DNA of 64,000 nucleotides from a virus (IMGVR_UViG_3300032285_001531), one strand, 5' to 3'; positions 22,600-32,567 are shown, numbered from the stretch's first letter. Translations and numbers: made by a program. The notes: generated by a model not told the origin, from the letters alone.

Positions 22600-22740
22600 A
22601 TGACAGAAAACAAAGAAAAAGAGCAGGAAAAAGCTATCCCTACTCCTGACGAGAAGGGCGGATTCATTTTTAGCTCAGTTTTAAAAGTTTTTGACCCTAA
22701 CACAAACGAAATATTAGTACAAAAAAGAGGTGACGATTAA
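22600..22740 (+). CDS. 46-aa micro-ORF absent from the ORF track (MTENKEKEQEKAIPTPDEKGGFIFSSVLKVFDPNTNEILVQKRGDD)
   Basis: Sits right after TAAATA; its TAA overlaps the next ATG (TAATG); it resembles the N-terminus of the downstream protein. Confidence 0.65.
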   Translation: MTENKEKEQEKAIPTPDEKGGFIFSSVLKVFDPNTNEILVQKRGDD

Positions 22741-23360
22741 TGTCAACGATAAACTATCAGCTAAAAATAGAAGGCTTTCTAAAAATTACAGATCCCACAA
22801 CTGGTGAGGTTATAGTAGATAAAAAGAATGCTATACATTACGAGAACATTTCAGAGGCCATCGCTGACACACTAAGCAGTCGCGGATACGGTGGAATCTA
22901 CAAAATGGCTTTTGGTAATGGCGGTGCAAGTATTGACAGTACAGGTGTTATTACATATTTACCGCCCAATACTACAGGACAAAATGCTGCATTATATAAT
23001 CAAACTTATACTAAAGTAGTAGACGATACTAGCGTATTAAACTCAGACCCAGCTAGAAATCGTATGATTGTTTCACATACTGTGGGCAAAGTATACAGCG
23101 ATATACTTATACAATGCTTACTAGATTACGGTGAGCCTTCAGGGCAGAGTGCATTTGATAATGGAACGCAGTTAGAATCTACGTTTACATTTGACGAAAT
23201 TGGATTACTTGCTGATTACGGAACAGACACAGCAGGGAACGAACAGACAAGATTATTGACACATGTGATTTTTCACCCTGTGCAAAAGAGTTTAAACAGA
23301 CAAATTCAGATAGATTATACTGTCCGAATTCAGAGTTTAACAAATCTAGTCGTAACGTAA
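22740..23360 (+). CDS. Conserved phage structural protein (baseplate/tail region)
   Basis: 206 aa in the late structural operon; ends THVIFHPVQKSLNRQIQIDYTVRIQ. Confidence 0.55.
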   Translation: MSTINYQLKIEGFLKITDPTTGEVIVDKKNAIHYENISEAIADTLSSRGYGGIYKMAFGNGGASIDSTGVITYLPPNTTGQNAALYNQTYTKVVDDTSVLNSDPARNRMIVSHTVGKVYSDILIQCLLDYGEPSGQSAFDNGTQLESTFTFDEIGLLADYGTDTAGNEQTRLLTHVIFHPVQKSLNRQIQIDYTVRIQSLTNLVVT

Positions 23361-23362
23361 GA

Positions 23363-23368
23363 TAAATA
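23363..23368 (+). promoter_or_regulatory. Late promoter (TAAATA)
   Basis: gaTAAATA immediately after a stop codon; GGAG RBS before the ATG at 23401. Confidence 0.6.
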
Positions 23369-23400
23369 CTTAAACTTTACAAAATCGGAGTAAAAAGACA

Positions 23401-24597
23401 ATGGCATATACAATTAGAAGAAGTGACGGTAACGTACTTTGCACAATTCAAGACGGTACAATCAATACTACAAGTTCAAGTTTGGGCTTACCTGGCAGAA
23501 ATAAATCTAGCTACGGTGAAGTTTTAGACACAAACTTTGTAAAACAGTTAGAAAGCTATGCGGCTGCAAGCCCGCCAGCTAACCCATTAAGAGGTCAGCT
23601 TTGGTTCAACACTACATCTAATGTTTTATGCGTCTGTCCTGCAGATAATACACTGGTTGCAAGCAACTGGATCACATTGACTTCAACTTCAAATGGTAGT
23701 ATCACAACAGGTAATATTACAGCGAACGGCAACATTGCAGCCAATAATGTAACTGTTACTGGTGGATTCTTTGGTGATACTATTAGTGTTAGATTAGCTA
23801 CAGTAAGTGATACAGTGACTTCAGTTAATGCAAATATTACTACTGCTAATATTTCAACTGCAAGAATTACATCAATTACTACTGGAGCGACAACTACTGC
23901 CGGTACAATAACTGGTCAATACACTGTATATGGAAATTCTAGCGGTAATGCGATGTATTTTCAAACAGGTAACATTACTTTTGCAACAAGTAGTATTAAC
24001 GGTATTAAGTGCGATAACTATATGTACGCAAATGGTGTTTCATTTAATCCAGCAGGTACCTATAATAATTCAAACGTTTATACTTACTTGAACGGTGGTA
24101 CATTTACCGGTAACATTACACCAGCTAAAGTCACAACTGCTGAATTAGCAGGTGGTGGTAATATTAGTGGTATATGGCAATTAAGTCCAGGTGCACGATT
24201 ACAAGCAACATACGCTGACTTGGCAGAACGTTTTGAAGCTGATACTGCATATGATGCAGGTACAGTTGTTGAATTGGGCGGATTAAAAGAAATTACGGCT
24301 GTTATTGATGAATTGAGTGATAAAGTATTCGGTGTTATAAGTTCAACTGCTGCGTATATGATGAATAGCATGGCAGGAGATGATAAAACTCATCCACCGG
24401 TTGCGATTAGTGGTCGTGTGCCAGTTAAAGTAATAGGTAAAGTTAAAAAAGGTGATCGTTTAGTTAGTGCAGGTAATGGTACTGCTAGAGCAGCTAAGAA
24501 AGATGAAGCTACGTCATTCAATACAATTGGTAGAAGTTTAACTGATAAAACAACTGATGGTTTAGGCGAAGTTACTGCTATTGTTATAATTAATTAA
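23401..24597 (+). CDS. Short tail-fibre/baseplate-associated protein
   Basis: Thr/Asn/Gly-rich beta-repeat core. The C-terminal YADLAERFEAD..YDAGTVV..GG.KEIT..P.VA..GRVPVKV.G domain is of a type often found at the end of phage fibres. Confidence 0.6.
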   Translation: MAYTIRRSDGNVLCTIQDGTINTTSSSLGLPGRNKSSYGEVLDTNFVKQLESYAAASPPANPLRGQLWFNTTSNVLCVCPADNTLVASNWITLTSTSNGSITTGNITANGNIAANNVTVTGGFFGDTISVRLATVSDTVTSVNANITTANISTARITSITTGATTTAGTITGQYTVYGNSSGNAMYFQTGNITFATSSINGIKCDNYMYANGVSFNPAGTYNNSNVYTYLNGGTFTGNITPAKVTTAELAGGGNISGIWQLSPGARLQATYADLAERFEADTAYDAGTVVELGGLKEITAVIDELSDKVFGVISSTAAYMMNSMAGDDKTHPPVAISGRVPVKVIGKVKKGDRLVSAGNGTARAAKKDEATSFNTIGRSLTDKTTDGLGEVTAIVIIN

Positions 24598-24606
24598 GGA
24601 TTAATA

Positions 24607-25602
24607 ATGACATATCAAAAATATGGCCGTATTGAAGCTACTGATTATAATAGTTATACCGGAACTACCTCAAGTGTAACAGCTAATCAACTTAACACTA
24701 TTCTTGGGGTTGGGAATGCGGCAAAGGGCTGGGGACAAACTGTAGTTCCGCAGGTAGTAGCAAATGACTCAACATATCAAATTACCGCAGCACAATGGAA
24801 TGCTTTAATAAACGGAATAGCAAATGTAGCGTTACATCAAGGCTCAACAGTTACATCTATTGCATTAGATAGTACAGGTGATTTAATTTCTGCAGCAATG
24901 ACAGCCGGAGCTAGCCCTCAATCAATTTTTGCTAATAATTTAGTAACTGTATACACTAATAGAAATAATTGTGCAGCACAAGGAGCATCTCAAACAAGTA
25001 CACTTGTTCAAGGAAGAAATTGGGATCAACGATTAACATTTACTCATACTATTACTTTTGGTACTCCTGATCAGGCTAGATATTTTTTCAATGCAGGTGG
25101 ACAAATTTCATTTACTTTCAGTCATCCTAACGGTACTGGTGTTAATAGTATGTGGAATGATTTGGCAACTGCTTGTGGAACTGTAACTTTCAGTTCACCT
25201 ATAAACGGGGTAGTTAATATCGCAGGATTAAACTTCAATGGTGTAACAAAGACAAACGGCACAGGTGCTGCAATAATTAATAGTAATTACGGTTACTATG
25301 CGTTATCAGCAGTTGATGTTGGCATTTTCCAACAAACTGCAACTGTAGGTCCAGCGGGATATGTTGCTAGTAATATTTCTATATTAGCAAGAAGTAACGG
25401 TGTGCAAGGCATTAATGGCGATACAGGAAGTACTATAACATTTACTACTATTTGGGATGAAATTCCAGACGGTGGAGCAACAGTTTTAGGTACAGCATCA
25501 GCAGGATCAACAGTTACATGTACAGTGAAGCCACCAGGTACTACTTACATTAGTAAATCTTGGGGTACTATCGGTATTTCAGCTTACGTATCAGACGCAT
25601 AA
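24607..25602 (+). CDS. Putative virion structural protein
   Basis: 331 aa, Thr/Gly/Asn-rich, co-directional within the structural block. Confidence 0.5.
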   Translation: MTYQKYGRIEATDYNSYTGTTSSVTANQLNTILGVGNAAKGWGQTVVPQVVANDSTYQITAAQWNALINGIANVALHQGSTVTSIALDSTGDLISAAMTAGASPQSIFANNLVTVYTNRNNCAAQGASQTSTLVQGRNWDQRLTFTHTITFGTPDQARYFFNAGGQISFTFSHPNGTGVNSMWNDLATACGTVTFSSPINGVVNIAGLNFNGVTKTNGTGAAIINSNYGYYALSAVDVGIFQQTATVGPAGYVASNISILARSNGVQGINGDTGSTITFTTIWDEIPDGGATVLGTASAGSTVTCTVKPPGTTYISKSWGTIGISAYVSDA

Positions 25603-25610
25603 TATTTCGG

Positions 25611-25639
25611 GTAAACTATTTAGATTCTAAATAGTTTAC
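25611..25639. repeat. Perfect 13-bp inverted repeat containing TAAATA on both strands
   Basis: GTAAACTATTTAG-ATT-CTAAATAGTTTAC; the plus-strand TAAATA at 25628-25633 lies 7 nt before the ATG at 25641. Confidence 0.85.
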
Positions 25640-25640
25640 T

Positions 25641-25946
25641 ATGGAAATAAACAAACTACTATCAGAAACCAAAGCTAGATTTGAACACAATTTAGCTAAA
25701 TCATATTTAAAAGAAAAATATCAAAATAGTTTAATTTTCGCAGACCAAGGTGGTTTGTGGAAAGCCTCACCAGAATTACTTTCACTACTTGAGACTAGTA
25801 GTGCTGAAACAGTGATTCTAATAGATACATATGACAATCCAGTTAAAGTTAACAGAGATTCTTTACTACAAAAAGCCTATACCATTTATTTAAATGCGAC
25901 AGAAGAATATTACAACGAGTGGGTTGAGTTAAGAAAGCAACGATGA
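25641..25946 (+). CDS. Hypothetical protein, first gene of the glycosyltransferase/radical-SAM cluster
   Basis: 101 aa; ATGA-coupled to the next gene. Confidence 0.6.
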   Translation: MEINKLLSETKARFEHNLAKSYLKEKYQNSLIFADQGGLWKASPELLSLLETSSAETVILIDTYDNPVKVNRDSLLQKAYTIYLNATEEYYNEWVELRKQR

Positions 25947-26716
25947 CTAAAGGTGTATTACTATTTGCCTTTAACACACCAGAAGTTGATTATGTTAAAA
26001 TGGCTAACATATCTGCAGAACGAGTTAATCGTTTTTTAAACTTGCCTGTAACTTTAATAACAGATACCACTCCTAAGTTAGACAACTATAAATTTGACCA
26101 AATAGTATTATTAGACAGTGATAATTCTAATATAAAAGGCAATAAAGTTTGGAAAAATAAAGGCAGATATAATGCATTTGATTTATCCCCGTACGATGAA
26201 ACACTCTTGTTAGATGTTGATTATATAGTAAACTCAAATCAATTAAACAAGGTTTTTGATTTTTATGATGATTTTTGTTGTCATAGAACTACACACTTTC
26301 TAATGCAAACCAATTCTGAAGAAGAATTTATGGGAACACACAGTCAGCAAATACTATGGGCAACTGTAGCATTCTTTAAAAAAACAACTCGCATGAAATT
26401 ATTTTTTGATTGTGTAAAAATGGTACAAGAAAATTATACTCATTATGTTAATTTACACGGTATGCTGTCTATTACATTTAGAAATGACTATGCATTTACT
26501 ATAGCAAATAGAATTATAAATGGGCATATTGATGATCCTACAGACTTCATTCCGTGGAATCTAACACATGTTGGTAAGGATGTTACAGTGGTTAGAGAGT
26601 CTGATGCTGAGTATAGATTATATTCTAAGAAAGCAAAAAAGTCATTTATAAAAATAAAAGATTTTGACTTTCATATGTTGGACAAAGAAAACTTTATGGA
26701 GCTGTTTAATGAATAA
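25943..26716 (+). CDS. GT-A fold glycosyltransferase-like protein
   Basis: N-terminal GVLLFAF strand and DxD motif TLLLDVDY; paralogous to the next gene. Confidence 0.6.
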   Translation: MTKGVLLFAFNTPEVDYVKMANISAERVNRFLNLPVTLITDTTPKLDNYKFDQIVLLDSDNSNIKGNKVWKNKGRYNAFDLSPYDETLLLDVDYIVNSNQLNKVFDFYDDFCCHRTTHFLMQTNSEEEFMGTHSQQILWATVAFFKKTTRMKLFFDCVKMVQENYTHYVNLHGMLSITFRNDYAFTIANRIINGHIDDPTDFIPWNLTHVGKDVTVVRESDAEYRLYSKKAKKSFIKIKDFDFHMLDKENFMELFNE

Positions 26717-27479
26717 GGGCTTTGTTATAATGGCACAAAATACAGAATTAACTGATTACGTAAAATGTGCAACTGTATTATCCGACAGTATTAAACGTGT
26801 TATGCCAGATGCTAATGTTACTATTATAACAACAGATATGTTACCGCATGGGGATTTAGCTCCTAATAGTGATTGGAAACTAGTCAATGATTGGCAAGTA
26901 TATGAAGCAAGCCCATACGAGTATACAATAAAATTAGAAGCAGATATGTATATACCTCGCAGTATTGATTATTGGTGGGATATATTAAAAGATAGAGAAG
27001 TGGTAATATCTAGTACAATAAGAAATTTTAAACAGGATATTAATGAGAATAGGGCTTATAGACAATTCATCTATAATAATAATTTGCCCAATGTGTACAA
27101 TGCAATTACATATTTTAAAAAATCTGAACTAGCAGAAAACTTTTTTAAAACTGTTAAACAAGTATTTGATAATTGGGAAGAATTTAAAAACATATTGAAA
27201 TGCAAACCTGATGAAGTTGCAACGACTGATTGGGCATATGCAATTGCATGCCATTTGCACGGAGAAGAAAATACAACAATGCCTATCTTTACAGACATGA
27301 GCATGGTTCATATGAAAAAATTTATAAATCGTCTTTATGGTGAAGATTGGACAAATGAACTAGTGTATGAAATTAATCCTAATTGCTTGCGTATTAATAC
27401 TTTCCCCCAAATATATCCATTTCACTATCATATTAAAGATTTTGCAACTATAATAGAAGATGCACATGCAATTACCTGA
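26709..27479 (+). CDS. GT-A fold glycosyltransferase-like protein (paralogue of the upstream gene)
   Basis: Start moved to MNKGFVIM at 26709 (GGAG RBS, overlaps the upstream stop); YEASPYEYTIKLEADM aligns with FDLSPYDETLLLDVDY of the upstream gene. Confidence 0.55.
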   Translation: MNKGFVIMAQNTELTDYVKCATVLSDSIKRVMPDANVTIITTDMLPHGDLAPNSDWKLVNDWQVYEASPYEYTIKLEADMYIPRSIDYWWDILKDREVVISSTIRNFKQDINENRAYRQFIYNNNLPNVYNAITYFKKSELAENFFKTVKQVFDNWEEFKNILKCKPDEVATTDWAYAIACHLHGEENTTMPIFTDMSMVHMKKFINRLYGEDWTNELVYEINPNCLRINTFPQIYPFHYHIKDFATIIEDAHAIT

Positions 27480-27747
27480 ATTTAGACTCTACTATGATGA
27501 TAATGGTGATGTATTATTCTACACCTGTGAAAAACCAGAGGGTAAATATATCGTTATAGATTTAATGACATATCATGCTTGTAGACATGATGTTAAAGTA
27601 ATGGATGGGAAATTAGTTAGTAAGTCAATATTGGTATACATTTCTAAAATAGTTCATGGACATAAAGGAACATCCTGTCACAAAGATGATGTTAGCATAG
27701 TTTATGACAGCAGTGATTCAATTAAATGGCAATTAAAATATGAGTGA
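27460..27747 (+). CDS. Hypothetical protein
   Basis: 95-aa ORF overlapping both neighbours; the real start may be MQLPEF at 27466. Confidence 0.55.
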   Translation: MHMQLPEFRLYYDDNGDVLFYTCEKPEGKYIVIDLMTYHACRHDVKVMDGKLVSKSILVYISKIVHGHKGTSCHKDDVSIVYDSSDSIKWQLKYE

Positions 27748-28684
27748 CGTAATTGAAATAGCAGACCTAGATTGCATTTATCTAAGTTATGATGAACCAC
27801 AAAAAGAAGAATTTTGGGTAAAGATTCAAAACATGGTGCCATGGGCACGTAGAGTAGATGGAGTTAAAGGTAGTGATGCAGCACACAAAGCAGCCGCAGA
27901 AGCCAGCGATACTGAACGATTCATATTGATTGACGGTGACAACATTCCTAATTTTGATTTCTTTAATCTTAAATTAGATTTCACAAATAAAGACCCTAGT
28001 TACAAACAAGCACAGTATCGTTGGAGAGCAGTAAATGCTATCAATGGACTACGATACGGTAACGGTGGTATTAGTTCATGGACTAAGACTTATGTAGAGA
28101 ACATGCGCACACATGAAAATAGCGATGGAGGTGCATCGACCACTGTTGATTTTTGTTTAGACAGTAGCGATAACTTGTATTGGAGTATGTATGATTGTTA
28201 TTCAACTACATATCCTAACTACACACCATTCCAAGCATGGCGTGCCGGGTTTCGTGAAGGTGTAAAGATGTGTCTAGTAAATGGTGTAAAGCCTAGTGTT
28301 GATGAATTCAAGCAAAAAGTTGCAACTAGAAATATGGATAATCTTACTATATGGCATAATGTAGGTATGGATGTTGAGAACGGTAATTGGGCTATTCTAG
28401 GCGCACGTATGGGAACGTATATGACTATGATGACAGATTGGGATAATAATCAAGTTCAATGGTTCGATAACTTTATCACAATGTGGGAAGAATGTAAAGA
28501 TAAGGATCCTATACGTGAATCAACATTATTTGGTGCAGCACTTATGGATAAATTAGGGTTACCTACAGCTACGTTGAGTAAAGAACAAAGTAAATTTTTC
28601 AAACGACACTATATGGCAGACAAACACAACTTGGGGCCATTAGTACGTGAGATGGACGTGATACGAAAGATAGAAGGTTGGTAA
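27740..28684 (+). CDS. Glycosyltransferase-like protein
   Basis: DCIYLSYDEP..WARRVDGVKGSDAAHKAAA..FILIDGDN has a GT-A-like core with DxD; homologous to the C-terminal domain of 31020-32567 (W[R/K]TAFRE/WRAGFRE motif). Confidence 0.5.
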   Translation: MSDVIEIADLDCIYLSYDEPQKEEFWVKIQNMVPWARRVDGVKGSDAAHKAAAEASDTERFILIDGDNIPNFDFFNLKLDFTNKDPSYKQAQYRWRAVNAINGLRYGNGGISSWTKTYVENMRTHENSDGGASTTVDFCLDSSDNLYWSMYDCYSTTYPNYTPFQAWRAGFREGVKMCLVNGVKPSVDEFKQKVATRNMDNLTIWHNVGMDVENGNWAILGARMGTYMTMMTDWDNNQVQWFDNFITMWEECKDKDPIRESTLFGAALMDKLGLPTATLSKEQSKFFKRHYMADKHNLGPLVREMDVIRKIEGW

Positions 28685-30024
28685 TGAAAATAAAAACTAT
28701 ATTCAAAAATTTATATAGAAAAGTAAGAGTAAAGCTAATAAGGATACAAAAAACAGTGATAGATAAACCTGACTTATCTAATAAATTATGTGCAGTGCCT
28801 TGGATGCACTTAAATTTTGAACCTAATGGCAAAGTAGTTCCTTGCTGTCTTACATCAACTTATAATTATTTTGCAGGAGATTTAACAAAGCAAAGCATTA
28901 ATGATATTTGGAATAGCGGGAATATGAAAGATTTGCGCATTCAAATGATGAACAATGTAGAGCCTGAAATCTGCAGAAAATGTTATGATAAAGAAAGAGT
29001 AACAGGAGAAAGTGGAAGAACATATCACAATCTTGAGTTCAAAAGTGTATTAAAACAGATACCAGTTATTACTAAGTCTGATGGTACTTGTACTAAGATG
29101 GAATTAAAATATTGGGATTTTAGATTTAGTAATTTATGTAATCTGAAGTGTCGCAGTTGTGGTCCGCGCTATAGTTCTGCGTGGGTGCCTGATGCTAAGA
29201 AATTAGGATATGCCGATCAGGAAAAAGTATGGAATATTGAATCAGTAGGTACTACTCCTAATTATGATTTTCTTAAAGAGCAAGTAGAGTATGTTGAGAA
29301 AATATATTTTGCAGGTGGTGAACCTTTATTGATGCCTGAGCATTGGCAGATACTAGACTTATTGGTACAAAATAGAAGATTCGATGTAAAATTATCATAC
29401 AATACAAACTGCACGACTTTAACATACGGTAAAAAGAATATCGTAGATTATTGGGGGCAATGGGAGTTTGGTAAGATAGAAGTATGGCCAAGTTTAGATG
29501 AAATAGATAATCGTGCTGAACTTGTGCGTAGCGGTACTGATTGGAAAAAAGTAGAAGAAAATCTAAAAGAACTCAATGAACTAGACAATATAATTGTGCG
29601 ACCTGGAATAACAGTAGGAGTGTTCAATGTGTTTAGATTGCCGCAAATAATTAATAGACTAGTAGAACTAAATGTTATAAATGAACGACATTGGTATAAA
29701 AACTTTTTTATTAATTTGTTAGAAGATCCAAAGCACTATCATGTTCATGTGCTGCCGGATGAATTTAGACAAAAAACGATAACAGATTTAAACAATTTTG
29801 TCAATGATTATAATAAAAAGTATAGTACTGATATTAGTCCTCACTTCAAACAGATATTGTTTGAATTGACTAGACCTTACAACAGCAAAGCAGCTAAAGA
29901 TTTTTTACGAGTTACTGGAGAAGTTGATAGGATACGCAATGAAGATACATTTGCTACCATTCCAGAATTACATGTTATTAGAATGAAATATCCAAACATA
30001 TATGAAACTGCAAAGAATATATAG
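28684..30024 (+). CDS. Radical SAM protein with an N-terminal SPASM/twitch-like Cys cluster
   Basis: CxxxCxxC motif CNLKCRSC, GGEP, N-terminal CAVPW..PCC..C..C; start placed at the TAATG overlap at 28684. Confidence 0.85.
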   Translation: MKIKTIFKNLYRKVRVKLIRIQKTVIDKPDLSNKLCAVPWMHLNFEPNGKVVPCCLTSTYNYFAGDLTKQSINDIWNSGNMKDLRIQMMNNVEPEICRKCYDKERVTGESGRTYHNLEFKSVLKQIPVITKSDGTCTKMELKYWDFRFSNLCNLKCRSCGPRYSSAWVPDAKKLGYADQEKVWNIESVGTTPNYDFLKEQVEYVEKIYFAGGEPLLMPEHWQILDLLVQNRRFDVKLSYNTNCTTLTYGKKNIVDYWGQWEFGKIEVWPSLDEIDNRAELVRSGTDWKKVEENLKELNELDNIIVRPGITVGVFNVFRLPQIINRLVELNVINERHWYKNFFINLLEDPKHYHVHVLPDEFRQKTITDLNNFVNDYNKKYSTDISPHFKQILFELTRPYNSKAAKDFLRVTGEVDRIRNEDTFATIPELHVIRMKYPNIYETAKNI

Positions 30025-31030
30025 AAACGAAAATCACAATCAGTCATTTTTTGTAGTAGACTGGATGCTACATGATCGTTGCACATATGATTGTAGCTAT
30101 TGTCCTCCCGGTAATAAACAGGGCATTGACACATGGCTAAATCTTTCTACGTTAAAAGAGTTTTGCGATGAATTAGAAAAACACGCAGCAAACGTTGATC
30201 CAAACACTAAGATACTTGCTAATTTCTCTGGCGGGGAACCAACAGTTTGGAAACACTTCCCTGAATTATTAGATGCATTAACACAACGAGGATGGTTAAT
30301 TTCAATCAGTACTAATGGTAGTAGAAGTATAAACTGGTGGAAAGAGAATGCACACAAGCTTACAAGAATAAACTTAAGCTATCATACTGAATCTGTTGTT
30401 GATGATGAATTTTTAGAAAAAGTAAGGGTGTGTGAAGAATACTCACAAACAAGTGTTAATATTATGCTTAATCCTGATCCTAAATTATTTGGTAAAGCTG
30501 TTAATTTTAACAAAAGAGTGTTGGCTGAAACATCTAAAGCAGGAGTGCATAATCATCAAATACAGCACAATTTTGGTATGCAAACTATTATGGTTCCGTA
30601 TTACACTAAAGCACAAAAAGAAATAATGTCAACATTACCAGATAGATATCCTGCTGTACATCCTGATCAAGTTCATATACGTCATAACTATTTTCACAGC
30701 ACAATATATGGTGTTAAGAAAAGTACTGATGGCAGCACACTTATTGATAAACAACTAGTTAATTTTGAAAACTGGATTTGCTCCGCTGGTATTGAAGGAG
30801 TTTTTGTTGATTCTGCAGGCAGAGTAAGTAGAGGTACTTGTAGAATGGGAGGAGAACTAGGTAATATACAAGAACCAAATAAAATAAATTGGCCTACTAC
30901 TCCTGTATTGTGTAAAAAGGATTGGTGCGGTTGTATAACAGATATATTAAAAAGTAAACACGATACTAAGAAATTTACACTAACTGAAAGAATAAAAGAT
31001 TTTATTATGGATGTAAAGAATGGACGCTGA
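30002..31030 (+). CDS. Radical SAM protein with a C-terminal twitch-like domain
   Basis: CTYDCSYC, FSGGEPT, STNGS; C-terminal C..G..C...C..WC.C. Confidence 0.85.
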   Translation: MKLQRIYRNENHNQSFFVVDWMLHDRCTYDCSYCPPGNKQGIDTWLNLSTLKEFCDELEKHAANVDPNTKILANFSGGEPTVWKHFPELLDALTQRGWLISISTNGSRSINWWKENAHKLTRINLSYHTESVVDDEFLEKVRVCEEYSQTSVNIMLNPDPKLFGKAVNFNKRVLAETSKAGVHNHQIQHNFGMQTIMVPYYTKAQKEIMSTLPDRYPAVHPDQVHIRHNYFHSTIYGVKKSTDGSTLIDKQLVNFENWICSAGIEGVFVDSAGRVSRGTCRMGGELGNIQEPNKINWPTTPVLCKKDWCGCITDILKSKHDTKKFTLTERIKDFIMDVKNGR

Positions 31031-32567
31031 ATTAAAAAGAAGAATGGAACTTTGGAAACAAGGTACATGGGAAATTCCTGAAGATTTAGATACTAGTAAT
31101 TTCGATTTTACTTGGAGACCATTTCATTTTGATAGACCATATATACATCAATTTGGTACACAGCATCAAAAGACAGGTGGCCCTAGATTTATTGTTCCTG
31201 ATAATGAAGGAGTAAAGTATCAGGATTATCAAATAGCAATTAAGTTACCTAACAAAAATAATCGGTGTTGGAGACCATTAGTACCTAATGCTGAGATTGA
31301 TTTTAGTTGGCATCCTGATGATAACGATCCTCCCTTTATACATGTGTTCGGCAATCAATGGTATGATGGTGTAGATATGCCCACGTATCAATATCGTGTA
31401 GCCGGAGCTACTGAAAAGAAGTATGAACATAATCTAAAAGCAAAGTTATTACCTAATCCTTCAAATAGAGGGTTTAGACCATTAAAAATTATAAGTGACT
31501 TTGATTATAGTTGGGTACCGCACCCCAAAGATCCTCCCTTTATATACGTGTTTGGTAATCAATGGTATGATGCTACTGAGATGCCAACACTTGAGTATAG
31601 AGTTAAAGATGCTGTAACTAGAAAGTTTGTAACACATCCTAAAGCTACTCTTAAAATTGAAAAAGTAAAGCTAGAAGATTGTTTACACCATATGGTAATA
31701 GATACAAAATTCAATACAAAGTATATTCACTTTGGTAGTGCAACAGTTGATTATTCAGAAGTAATACCAGAGGATGATTTGTATATACACATCATTGATA
31801 ATGTAGAAGCTATTGTACCTAAAGAAGCTAAATCATTCATATATTCAACACTGTTAGATTATCCTCATATAAAATATCATACATGCGGAATCAAAGCAGT
31901 GCCATTAGACATTATATTTTTAAGTAATGGTGAAGAAGGAGCTGAAGAAAACTATCAGCACTTATTAAGATTGACAAAAAACTTACCTAATAATGTTATT
32001 AAAATAGAGGGTGTTAAGGGTCGTGTTGCTAGTCAACATGAAGCTGCAAAACAAAGTTCAACTGCTTGGTATTTTTTAATTAATGCTAAATTGCGTGTTG
32101 ATGACAATTTTGATTTTAGTTGGCAACCTGATTATTTAGATACAAGTAAGCACTATATTTTTAGAGCAAAAAATATTGTTAATGGATTAGAATATGGTCA
32201 TATGGCTATAGTAGCGAACAATAAAAAAATCACATTAGAGACATTAGGAACAGGTCTTGACTTTACATTAGATGGAAAGTTTGAGATTGTTGATATTAAT
32301 TCAGGAGTAGGGGTATTCAATACCAGTGAGTGGGATACTTGGCGTACTGCATTTAGAGAAGCGATTAAACTTAGACATTCAAATGATCCGGATTCTATAA
32401 AAAGATTACAAACATGGCTTACTGTAGCAGAAGGTGAGTTTGCCCAAATATCTATGCAGGGTGCCGCTGATGCTGTAAAGTATTATGAATCAGTAGAAGG
32501 TGACTTTCAGAAGTTAAAACTTAGTTACGATTGGGATTGGCTAAAAGAGAGATTCCAACATAAATAA
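31020..32567 (+). CDS. Repeat-containing glycosyltransferase-like protein
   Basis: Repeated FD[F/Y]SW.P...DPP.I.VFGNQW modules; the C-terminal domain (DIIFLSNGE..GVKGRVASQHEAA..WRTAFRE) is homologous to 27740-28684. Confidence 0.5.
   Translation: MDAELKRRMELWKQGTWEIPEDLDTSNFDFTWRPFHFDRPYIHQFGTQHQKTGGPRFIVPDNEGVKYQDYQIAIKLPNKNNRCWRPLVPNAEIDFSWHPDDNDPPFIHVFGNQWYDGVDMPTYQYRVAGATEKKYEHNLKAKLLPNPSNRGFRPLKIISDFDYSWVPHPKDPPFIYVFGNQWYDATEMPTLEYRVKDAVTRKFVTHPKATLKIEKVKLEDCLHHMVIDTKFNTKYIHFGSATVDYSEVIPEDDLYIHIIDNVEAIVPKEAKSFIYSTLLDYPHIKYHTCGIKAVPLDIIFLSNGEEGAEENYQHLLRLTKNLPNNVIKIEGVKGRVASQHEAAKQSSTAWYFLINAKLRVDDNFDFSWQPDYLDTSKHYIFRAKNIVNGLEYGHMAIVANNKKITLETLGTGLDFTLDGKFEIVDINSGVGVFNTSEWDTWRTAFREAIKLRHSNDPDSIKRLQTWLTVAEGEFAQISMQGAADAVKYYESVEGDFQKLKLSYDWDWLKERFQHK
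32561..32566 (+). promoter_or_regulatory. Late promoter (TAAATA), probably leaderless; could also drive the tmRNA
   Basis: TAAATA-agtgt-ATG with no SD. Confidence 0.5.
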
